The notes under the pieces: model-generated
Database searches by the model: none
Told to the model about the DNA's origin: nothing
The model's input: only the letters and a program-made list of their open reading frames with translations
Shown: positions 7,409-15,860 of the stretch, piece by piece
Layout: every line of letters begins with the position of its first letter
How positions within the stretch are numbered: the first letter of the stretch is position 1
Source: a virus
Taxonomy: Duplodnaviria; Caudoviricetes
Length of the DNA: 24,598 nt
Strand: one strand, 5' to 3'
IMG/VR virus record: IMGVR_UViG_3300006029_000086
Span: 1-24,598 of that record
Translations under genes and position numbers: made by a program

Positions 7409-8107
7409 ATGGGAGGTCGTCAGACAAAAAGGTCATGCCCTGTATGTCAGGACGAGGACCGTGATGAACTGGAAGAGCAAATTGCTTCTGGTCTTATCGA
7501 TATGAGGACACTTGACCGTGATAAGGGGTGGAGAGCCAACACCGCAGAGCGCCATATGCGTAACCATGCAGGCGAAAACGTCACTGGTTCAAACTATAAA
7601 TGCCCTATTTGCACTGATGACAGCCGTGGGCTGTACGAAGTAGCCTACTTTGATGAAGGAATGACAACAGAAGAGATAGCAAACGAGGTCGGATGCTCAG
7701 AAGATGCAGTCTATAGACACATGAAAGAGCACTTTCAGCCCCTTGTACGTCGTGCTTCGACCGCAATTGTCACGATTAAGGCTGGTGAAGAAATCGGAGT
7801 GATACGAAACAACACCGAAAAACTCAATGAGAAACTTACTCGATACATGGATGAGGTCAGTATACATGATGACAACGCAGTTGGTGACATGGTACGCCTC
7901 AACAAAGAAATTCGTGAGTCAATCAAGGACTTGATGGCCTTTCAAGCACAATGGGCACATCCTGAGGAAAAGACAGTCAATAATACTATCAATATACTCA
8001 AAGTTGAAATGGCAAAAGAAAGTCCAGAAGCATGGAAGCGAGTGCGAGAGGCACTCCTACGTGGTGACACGGAAGTAATTGACGTAGCAGAAGAGGATGT
8101 GAACTGA
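7409..8107 (+). CDS. Zn-finger/HTH DNA-binding protein with C-terminal coiled coil; putative terminase small subunit
   Basis: Two repeats of CPxC...(HTH-like helices)...RHMxxH; TTEEIANEVGCSEDAVYRH; helical hairpin then TVNNTINIL strand; first gene of the operon that contains TerL. Confidence 0.55.
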   Translation: MGGRQTKRSCPVCQDEDRDELEEQIASGLIDMRTLDRDKGWRANTAERHMRNHAGENVTGSNYKCPICTDDSRGLYEVAYFDEGMTTEEIANEVGCSEDAVYRHMKEHFQPLVRRASTAIVTIKAGEEIGVIRNNTEKLNEKLTRYMDEVSIHDDNAVGDMVRLNKEIRESIKDLMAFQAQWAHPEEKTVNNTINILKVEMAKESPEAWKRVREALLRGDTEVIDVAEEDVN

Positions 8108-9246
8108 TGCCAAGCGGGAACGGAGGAATGGGACGTGGTTCGGATACCCGAATCTATGCACCACGCTCTGAGTCCAACCACATGTACTCAAACAATGACG
8201 AAGATTCGTACAGACACGGCATCGGCGACAAAGAAGAGTTTGAGCGCAAGCGTGACGAGAAGATGCGAGAAAAGGAAGAGACAAAGACAGTGGGAGACGC
8301 TCCGCATCTTCGTATAGAAATCGATAAACCCGAAGAAGACCCTATGATGGGAGACATGGGGTCGCCTCAGGAAGAGGAAAACCCTGACATGTACAACCCT
8401 GAACAGGCAGCAGCACAGACAGATATGTCGTCAATGGCAGGTCCTATCGGTATCGGCGGTCCAAACTTATCTCAAGCAATCGGTGCACAGACAAACGGCG
8501 TTATGCAACAGTTCGCTACAGGTGAGCCGATGGAAGATGCTTGGTCGACGTTGATGAAGAGTAGTTTGAAAAACATAAAGCCGAAGCAAAACAAACCGTG
8601 GCAACAACCAAAGTACGATGGTCCACCCGGTGGACGCCGACCTGATTTAGCCACGTCATTGCGAAGTAGTCGACAGGCACGTACACTCAGCCCACGTACA
8701 GAACATGGTGGAACAACCGAATCACCACTCGCTGTCGAGATGGGTCACTTGGGTCTTTCGACCAAGCAACCATTGCGATTGTTCCCTGCAAAGTACCGAC
8801 AACAACTCGGTCAACGACAACAACATTCGCTGATGGGTAACATCACCATGCCGTATCAGACGCATAACGTCGAGCAACGTACGCCTACACCACCCGGACC
8901 CATGGGCTCAGGTAAGATTCCTCGACTTGCTGGCGAGATGGCAGGCGTTAAGAGCCGTCCAAAGGCAGTAGCCAAGTCAGAACTTCAAGAAATGAACATG
9001 CTGCTCAAATCAGCAAAGGACTATCTCCACATCTCACAACTCCGCCGTATCATTCGTGATATGAAGAAGATTGTCGAGCGACAAGACCGAATGAAGAAAG
9101 AAGTCAATAAGAAGAAAAATACAGGTCATAGAGGAGAATCAACAAACCCGCAAGGAGCAACTGATGACCCTGAATCAGATGAGATGTCATCCTCAGGTAT
9201 GCCCGGTCACGTCTTTGCTGCACGTGGAAGCGGGAGAGTTGCCTGA
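8107..9246 (+). CDS. Low-complexity hypothetical protein with internal tag
   Basis: TGATG overlap; acidic N-half and basic C-half separated by FATGEPMEDAWSTLMKS. Confidence 0.75.
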   Translation: MPSGNGGMGRGSDTRIYAPRSESNHMYSNNDEDSYRHGIGDKEEFERKRDEKMREKEETKTVGDAPHLRIEIDKPEEDPMMGDMGSPQEEENPDMYNPEQAAAQTDMSSMAGPIGIGGPNLSQAIGAQTNGVMQQFATGEPMEDAWSTLMKSSLKNIKPKQNKPWQQPKYDGPPGGRRPDLATSLRSSRQARTLSPRTEHGGTTESPLAVEMGHLGLSTKQPLRLFPAKYRQQLGQRQQHSLMGNITMPYQTHNVEQRTPTPPGPMGSGKIPRLAGEMAGVKSRPKAVAKSELQEMNMLLKSAKDYLHISQLRRIIRDMKKIVERQDRMKKEVNKKKNTGHRGESTNPQGATDDPESDEMSSSGMPGHVFAARGSGRVA

Positions 9247-11357
9247 TGTTCAAGTACACGCCTCGTAATCAACTGTTTCCAGACAACGAGGGCAAGGCAC
9301 TCCTCAAAGGACTTGTCAAATCGTATTTGTCCGTTCATGGAAACAATTCTCTTATCAAGTCATTTAGCCTTGAAATGAACGGTAAGCCGTTGACACAGTG
9401 GCTTCCTGAGCATGGCCTCAATACAAAAGACTCTGAGCACCCATGGTATCATCAGTTTGAAGGCGGGGTTGCACATCATCCTCCGTTTGCCTTTGACCCT
9501 GAATCAGAGGACCTGCTTTGGCACAATGAAGATGACCCAAGTGCGCCCCACTCTGACCAAGGTACTGCTAATCGACCTCACGGGTTTCATCCTATGGACT
9601 ACATGATTTACGATTTGAGCCGAATGTTTTCAGAACTTATGGGTGCACCAAAAGAAGCCGCAGAAAAATTCGTCAGAGAACACATCATCAGCCCTGCGAT
9701 TGACGACCACAACGCAAGTCATCTCGATGCACATGGTAACCCTACGCACGTCGTGCCTCACATAGATAGTGTTGAGTGGAGAATGAATCACGTAGGCGGC
9801 ACATTCGACAAGCGTGGTATTTCAGAGGACAGAGCGAATCGTGGGTCGACTCCTTCACCAGAAGGTTTTGCTAACCCACTCCTCAATTACTCATTAAACA
9901 TGGGTAACGTCGACCACCCGCACGCTGATAGAGGTGTGTTCATCGACGGAGGTATCAACCCCATCCATTACGAAATGGCACAGCGAGTAAAGAAGGCAAT
10001 CGGCTATATTGAAAGTCCTGAGATGATGGAACTATTGGGACAGAATGACCCTCGTTTGAAGGCAATGCATGACAAGGCAAGAGTGAAATTAGACAAAACC
10101 CTCAAAGACCGTTACTTAGCACATTCAAATATACCTCTTCGTGACTTGACTTTTGGTCATGTAGTGGGCAACAAAGCCAACAGAGGACGGACAAGAGGTC
10201 GACCTGACGGCTCAGGATACCGTACAAACATTGCAGCCGAGGACCACCCGCTAAGAGATATGCACCCTCTCCAATTAGCCGAACTTGCTCCACATGGGTT
10301 GTACGATACAGCGACTTATCGACAGGGTACACCAGTTGTAACTGCTGAAAGCATTATGCAAGAGGCAGCACAACACGGTGTAACAGTATCACCCGAAGAA
10401 GCAGAAATTCTTTCTCGGCAACCTAAGTCAGGGTTTATCTTTGGCGGTAATAAGAAGCAAATTCGTGAAACATCGACTCCAATGAGAATACTACAAAACA
10501 TTGCAAATGATTTAGGTGTCGATATGGATTCCAATGAATACAAAGATATGGCTGAATCTATTCATACGAAAGGTACACGTGGTGGTGGTCGAATCAAAGC
10601 ATCTCGACATCTTGCTGCTATACCTGCACACTATGCTAAACTACTGGAACAACAAGGCGTACCTGCCGATGAAGCACTACAGCGTGCAATAACTGAATTT
10701 AAAGAACATGAGTATGTTCATGGTCGACATGAGCGTAATCCAAAAGCGAGAGAGATAGCAGAGCGTATTCACAGAGAGATGCGTGAAGCACGTGGTATTC
10801 CCGAACTTGCTGAGGGCGCTTTAGGTTACAGTCCGCTTGGCGATGATTTCCGTCACAATCAGGCACACGGACAACTTGAAACAGTCGTACCTCGCCATCA
10901 CGAAGGATTCATTTCAGATGAAGGGGCGCATCCGAACGTCAACGTGGAGCGAGAAAGACAAGCCAATCGACAAGGTGAAATGCCTGTTCCTACACCAGCG
11001 CCTATGGGTGAGGCACCTCCGATGGACAATATGCCTCCACAGTTGCCTCAGGGTCAGATGACCTTGGACCAATTTCCAACCAAGGCTCACGTCGCTGAAA
11101 TCACAGAGGCTATGGAGCACATCCAACTGGAGGACGCTAAGCGAGACGACTCAATCCTCAAGATGGTTCCTCACAATCCTATTCAACTCAATTCAATTCA
11201 GTCAGTCGGCTTATTCGCCAAAGACTTGGGCATCACATCGATGGACGTTCACGGACTGTTGCACTCACGTGGCGACTGGCACCGTATCGCTAAGGAATGG
11301 AGCGTCAGTCCACAGGTCGTCAAGGTCGTCAAGGTCACTTTTAGCGGAGGGGTTTGA
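9246..11357 (+). CDS. Large His-rich hypothetical protein; candidate internal head protein
   Basis: TGATG overlap; 703 aa; many His residues; Pro/Met linker then a C-terminal helical, HTH-like domain (DWHRIAKEWSVSPQVVKVVK). Confidence 0.75.
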   Translation: MFKYTPRNQLFPDNEGKALLKGLVKSYLSVHGNNSLIKSFSLEMNGKPLTQWLPEHGLNTKDSEHPWYHQFEGGVAHHPPFAFDPESEDLLWHNEDDPSAPHSDQGTANRPHGFHPMDYMIYDLSRMFSELMGAPKEAAEKFVREHIISPAIDDHNASHLDAHGNPTHVVPHIDSVEWRMNHVGGTFDKRGISEDRANRGSTPSPEGFANPLLNYSLNMGNVDHPHADRGVFIDGGINPIHYEMAQRVKKAIGYIESPEMMELLGQNDPRLKAMHDKARVKLDKTLKDRYLAHSNIPLRDLTFGHVVGNKANRGRTRGRPDGSGYRTNIAAEDHPLRDMHPLQLAELAPHGLYDTATYRQGTPVVTAESIMQEAAQHGVTVSPEEAEILSRQPKSGFIFGGNKKQIRETSTPMRILQNIANDLGVDMDSNEYKDMAESIHTKGTRGGGRIKASRHLAAIPAHYAKLLEQQGVPADEALQRAITEFKEHEYVHGRHERNPKAREIAERIHREMREARGIPELAEGALGYSPLGDDFRHNQAHGQLETVVPRHHEGFISDEGAHPNVNVERERQANRQGEMPVPTPAPMGEAPPMDNMPPQLPQGQMTLDQFPTKAHVAEITEAMEHIQLEDAKRDDSILKMVPHNPIQLNSIQSVGLFAKDLGITSMDVHGLLHSRGDWHRIAKEWSVSPQVVKVVKVTFSGGV

Positions 11358-12307
11358 TGGGCAAGGTCTTAATCAAAGCGTATGAGTATCAAATTGGACC
11401 TGACGGTAAGCCTCAGATGTATTACAATTTGAGCGGAAGAGGAAGAAGTGGAGGAGGCGGCGACGGACCACGTGGTCGTACATTCAGAAGTAAGTTGGGC
11501 GGTAGATTAGGTGGAGCAGTAGGTGTAATGGCTGCACTCACAGGCGAATCACGAAGTGCTGGCGGATTAGCAGGGCAGATGTTTGCTGGCTATCAACAAG
11601 GCTCTGCTGTGGGTCAAGGACTCGCTAACATGGCAACTTCACGCCGACGTCAAGCACGTGCTGATATTCGTGAAGGTGAAAAGCAAGCCCAAGCAAAGGG
11701 TGATGCACAAGCACGTTTAGCAGGCGAAAGAGAAATGAAACGCCGAAGAGGACTTGACTTTGACCCTAATATGTCGTTACAAGAAATGCGTGACATGGGT
11801 CCTACGCCAAGAAGAAGAAGCATACTACCCGGCATCGGTGGCAAAAACATGACAAGGTTTGGATATGAGTTAGCAGACCACCAATCGGAACAACAAGCAA
11901 TCGCTGCCGAACAAGCAAAGCGAGAAGGAAGAGAACGTGCTGCTATGGAACGTGCAAATCTTGGGGATGACATTAGTTTGTTGCAACGTGTTAGAGGGAT
12001 GAATCCAGAAGCGCTGGCAGCGGTTCAACAAGCACAACCAGTAGTACCGACGACACAGATGCCTGCTGCGCCAATCCAACCTCTTTCTAATGAAACAAGT
12101 AGACAGATTACAGAAGGCGAACAAATACCCGCTCCTAATGCACCGTATGCTGACCATGATGCTGACCTCACTACAGGTCAGGAGAATTTGAATCAGTTTA
12201 GAGAAGAAAATCCTGACGTACAAGGTCAGCAAGGTCAAGAACCCGAAGTAAATTTGAATGAACAGAATTTAAGTAGACTGGCGCAGATGATGGGGAGTGA
12301 GCAATGA
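11357..12307 (+). CDS. Glycine-zipper-like hypothetical protein; candidate ejection/pilot protein
   Basis: TGATG overlap with GGAGG RBS; LGGRLGGAVGVMAALTG...GGLAGQMFAGYQQGSAVGQGLA followed by coiled coil. Confidence 0.7.
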   Translation: MGKVLIKAYEYQIGPDGKPQMYYNLSGRGRSGGGGDGPRGRTFRSKLGGRLGGAVGVMAALTGESRSAGGLAGQMFAGYQQGSAVGQGLANMATSRRRQARADIREGEKQAQAKGDAQARLAGEREMKRRRGLDFDPNMSLQEMRDMGPTPRRRSILPGIGGKNMTRFGYELADHQSEQQAIAAEQAKREGRERAAMERANLGDDISLLQRVRGMNPEALAAVQQAQPVVPTTQMPAAPIQPLSNETSRQITEGEQIPAPNAPYADHDADLTTGQENLNQFREENPDVQGQQGQEPEVNLNEQNLSRLAQMMGSEQ

Positions 12308-13803
12308 GCGATGCAGAGGGCGTCAAGGCACTCGTTGATGAAATCGATATTGAAATGTCGAAGAAATCATTCAAGTTCTTTTTCACTGAAATACTTGGCT
12401 TCGATTACGCTGACCATCACGAAGCATGGGACAACGGTCTGAACGGTCATCGTTACTACTGTGTCAAAGCGAGTCGTGACCACGGCAAATCAGTTTTCTT
12501 TATGTCCTATGCCCTTTGGATTGCAGCATTCAACCCGAACACTCACGTCATGGTGTTCAGTCACTCTCTTGAACAAACACTTGAGCATATGCGATTCATT
12601 CGCAGCAACATCGATATGGCTGACATCCTCAAGCCACTCAAGCCTTCTGGAAAACCTTGGGCTAAATCCTACTTTGAATTCACAAACGGCAGCCGTATCA
12701 TGGCAAAGTCCGTTGGTGGTGCTACTCGTGGTTTCCACCCTGACGTGGTTGTGTGCGATGATATTCTGTGGGGTACAACCGTATCCGAACTTCAACGTGC
12801 AGCCGACTGGTTCTATACCGTTCTGCTCCCTGTACTGCACCACACAGGTCGAATGATGATGGTCGGTACACCGTTTTCGTACAATGACCTGTACGCTGAA
12901 CTTGAACAAAAAGAAACCTTCCAAGTCGAAACCTATCCCGCTATCTTAGAAAACGGCGAACCGTTATGGCCGGGACGTTGGCCGCTTGATGCACTCCGAA
13001 TGCGTGAGAAGTCAATGCCTGCAATCAAATTCGCTCGTGAATATCTGTGTGAACCGATTCACGATAACTCAAGTATGTTCCCTCATAGTCTGTTGGAGAA
13101 AGCCCGTGACGAAAATCTCGTGCTTCTTGACCACGCTGAACAAGAATTCGACGAAGAAGGCAACGCAGCAGGCGTATTCGGTCAACACTTTGTTGGCTGG
13201 GACCCTGCGATTGCAAGCGATTCAAACGCTGACTACACAGCCATGACCGTATTGCGTGTGCTTCCCGGCTCTGAGGAGAAACAGTTAGTTCACGTCATCA
13301 ACCAAAAGGGATTGAGCGGTGCTGCACAAAAACGTAACATCCTCCTCCTCAACAATCGATTCCAGCCTGACTTGATTGAACTTGAAGGCAACAACTTCCA
13401 ACGAATGTTCGCTGCTGAACTTCAAGAAATGCGAGATGACATCCCTATCAAAACCTTTATGACCACGAGACAGCGCAAGGAAAGTATGTTCATGTCGCTG
13501 CTTATGGCTTTTGAGCAAGGTAAACTGAAAACACCTTGGGGCGACGAACGCAGTAAAGAATTCACAAGAGAACTTGAGAAGCAACTCAGTCGATTCGGTA
13601 TGAAGAAAGACGGTAAACTTGAATCCGTTGGCTCTCACGATGACTTAGCGATGTCAATTGCTTTGGCGAACTGGGCGACCAAAGAATTCAGAGGAAGCGT
13701 TATGCTACTCGATGACGACCTTCCGGGCTTTGACAAGTGGTTCCTTGATTCACCGAGTCAGGGCGCTTCTCGTATGACAGGAGATGATTGGTTTGTTGCT
13801 TGA
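12304..13803 (+). CDS. terL: Terminase large subunit
   Basis: Walker A ASRDHGKS, Walker B VVVCDD, coupling motif MVGTP, RNase H-like nuclease motifs VGWDPA, DYTA and HDDLAMSIALA. Confidence 0.95.
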   Translation: MSDAEGVKALVDEIDIEMSKKSFKFFFTEILGFDYADHHEAWDNGLNGHRYYCVKASRDHGKSVFFMSYALWIAAFNPNTHVMVFSHSLEQTLEHMRFIRSNIDMADILKPLKPSGKPWAKSYFEFTNGSRIMAKSVGGATRGFHPDVVVCDDILWGTTVSELQRAADWFYTVLLPVLHHTGRMMMVGTPFSYNDLYAELEQKETFQVETYPAILENGEPLWPGRWPLDALRMREKSMPAIKFAREYLCEPIHDNSSMFPHSLLEKARDENLVLLDHAEQEFDEEGNAAGVFGQHFVGWDPAIASDSNADYTAMTVLRVLPGSEEKQLVHVINQKGLSGAAQKRNILLLNNRFQPDLIELEGNNFQRMFAAELQEMRDDIPIKTFMTTRQRKESMFMSLLMAFEQGKLKTPWGDERSKEFTRELEKQLSRFGMKKDGKLESVGSHDDLAMSIALANWATKEFRGSVMLLDDDLPGFDKWFLDSPSQGASRMTGDDWFVA

Positions 13804-14548
13804 CCCGTTTGAACAGGCTTGGCTTTTGCTTAAAGCACAAAGCAGAGAGCAGCAATTGAGAGATGATGTTGCTCGTCACAAAGCCAGTGTAGAAAGAATA
13901 ACTGGTCACCTTACAAGAGGACACCCGAATTACATATCTATGGAATCAATTCGTCAATCCTTCGGTTCAACACCCGAAGCATTGGAAAGGGACAAAAATG
14001 CTTATGAAAAAAGCAAAGCCAAGTTAGAAGAATACATGGGCGGACGTGGTGCGAAGGAAGCAGAGCGCAAGAAAGAGCGAACACGTCAGCAAGGAATAAA
14101 GAATGTTGAGTTTTCCGATGCAGCAAGAGAACGCAGCAAAGCACGCCAGCAATCAGCGCAAGCAAAAGATGACGCTCGTGTTCAGGCGGAAAAGGATGCC
14201 GAAGAAGCAAAGCGTCGAGCCGAAGAAGAAAAGCATGAAGCAAACCGTATCAAAGTCAAAAGAAGAACAGAGTATCAAGAGCGTAAACAGAAGCGTGAAG
14301 GTAAATCTACATCAGAAGAAACCGCTATAGACGACCCTGATGCCCCAATTGAAAGCGTGCTTGATGAGGTTAATCGACGTGAGCGAGCAAAGTTAGGAGA
14401 TGCAAATGAACCTGTCAAACCTCAGCCTGAACGCAGACTTGTTGGCATCAAGCCCAAGCCTCAACCCAAAGAAGAAGAAGAAGATTGGGAAAAGGACTTA
14501 AGAGAACAATCGAGTACGTTCTCATACGACCCATACGGAGATAACTAA
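13784..14548 (+). CDS. Highly charged coiled-coil protein with N-terminal tag (start may be TTG at 13793 or 13796)
   Basis: LDPFEQAWLLLKA followed by E/K/R/A-rich helices. Confidence 0.75.
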   Translation: MIGLLLDPFEQAWLLLKAQSREQQLRDDVARHKASVERITGHLTRGHPNYISMESIRQSFGSTPEALERDKNAYEKSKAKLEEYMGGRGAKEAERKKERTRQQGIKNVEFSDAARERSKARQQSAQAKDDARVQAEKDAEEAKRRAEEEKHEANRIKVKRRTEYQERKQKREGKSTSEETAIDDPDAPIESVLDEVNRRERAKLGDANEPVKPQPERRLVGIKPKPQPKEEEEDWEKDLREQSSTFSYDPYGDN

Positions 14549-14549
14549 T

Positions 14550-15860
14550 ATGTGGCCTTCACTAATCGTAGGAGAATCTGACATTCATTTGGATATGGGT
14601 GAAGAGCAATCGACAATGATTGCTTCTTCTCTACTGGCTCATCCTTCTTTGAGGGATGACATGATGAAGGCTGTCAAGATTGCTAAAGAAGCCGTCCCAC
14701 AGCAACCTATTCTACAAATCGAAACACATTCGTTTCCAGAAAATGGCGACTCGTGGTTCGATGCTTATCTCGGCAAGAGTGCTGACGAAGTTGTCAAAGA
14801 CCTCAAGCGTGCTCGCCGTAAGATGAAGGACATGAAATTCGACATTGACAGTGCTATCAAAAGCGTACGTGCTCTCAAAGCACAAGAAGTCGAACAGACG
14901 TTGGCGACTATACCTTGGGCATCAGAATACGGCGGTACGATTCGTAATCTTGGTCTGAGCGACAGAAACCTCAAATCACTTAGGACATTCTCTAAGTCAA
15001 GAGAATCCACATTGCTTCGTGCTTGTCATATGTGGGAAGCAGCAGATGAGGCACTCAAGATGCTCGATGACTTTGAAGATGTATGGGGTGACGAAGAACA
15101 ATCTGCTTGGGTTAATGCTATGCAACAAAGACAAGACGCTCGTAAAATGTGGCGCAGTGGGTTGCATCAAGTTGATACTCTGAGCAAAGAGCAAAAGAAT
15201 TGGCTTGAAATGGCTCGTCAAGAACTTCAAAGCAAAGGACACATGGGGGCTCGTGATATTACAGCCAACCTTATTGAAAAGGGCGTTAATCGAATCTCAG
15301 CGACTCGTATGAGTAAACTCCTATCCATGTTCGGTGAAGAAATGGATATTGTCAAAGCACCTCGACGAGGCGAATACATTCTACTTTCCTGTGATGGTCT
15401 GGTTATCAAAGACCCTTGGGCGTATGCTGCTGGATTTATGGATGCTGACGGCTCTATCTTTATCACAAAGCGAGGAGAAGTCCGAGCATCAGCAGTAGCG
15501 ACTGGAGACAGAGGTAAAATTCATTGCGAGAGATTGCAGAAAACACTGGGTTGTGGCACACTTTCACTCAATGAAAAGATGTCAAAGAACAGTAAGCGAA
15601 CAACTCACAGACTCAATTTCCACTCACGAGATGACTTGAAGAAAGTTCTTAACGGAGTGCTTCCGCACTTGCAGTTGAAGTCCACTCAAGCCAAAGCCGC
15701 TTTGCGGTTTCTTGAAGAGGATGACAACGTGAAGAAGGAGCAATACAGGATGTTAGTCATGTTTGAAAATTGGAAAGATGACGTCGATGCAGTTCAGAAG
15801 AAACTGGATGCATGGGGCGTCGATGCGGATACTATCCGTTCATGGGGAAGTGATTTGTGA
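14550..15860 (+). CDS. Protein with C-terminal LAGLIDADG endonuclease-like domain and long helical N-terminal region
   Basis: WAYAAGFMDADGSIFI motif at about 15417-15465, followed by LQKTLGCG and LPHLQLKSTQA, typical of single-motif LAGLIDADG domains. Confidence 0.8.
   Translation: MWPSLIVGESDIHLDMGEEQSTMIASSLLAHPSLRDDMMKAVKIAKEAVPQQPILQIETHSFPENGDSWFDAYLGKSADEVVKDLKRARRKMKDMKFDIDSAIKSVRALKAQEVEQTLATIPWASEYGGTIRNLGLSDRNLKSLRTFSKSRESTLLRACHMWEAADEALKMLDDFEDVWGDEEQSAWVNAMQQRQDARKMWRSGLHQVDTLSKEQKNWLEMARQELQSKGHMGARDITANLIEKGVNRISATRMSKLLSMFGEEMDIVKAPRRGEYILLSCDGLVIKDPWAYAAGFMDADGSIFITKRGEVRASAVATGDRGKIHCERLQKTLGCGTLSLNEKMSKNSKRTTHRLNFHSRDDLKKVLNGVLPHLQLKSTQAKAALRFLEEDDNVKKEQYRMLVMFENWKDDVDAVQKKLDAWGVDADTIRSWGSDL

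Noticed and set aside
14550-15860. Intein or group I intron around the LAGLIDADG domain
   Set aside because: No Cys/Ser...His-Asn splice junctions seen; terL and portal are uninterrupted.
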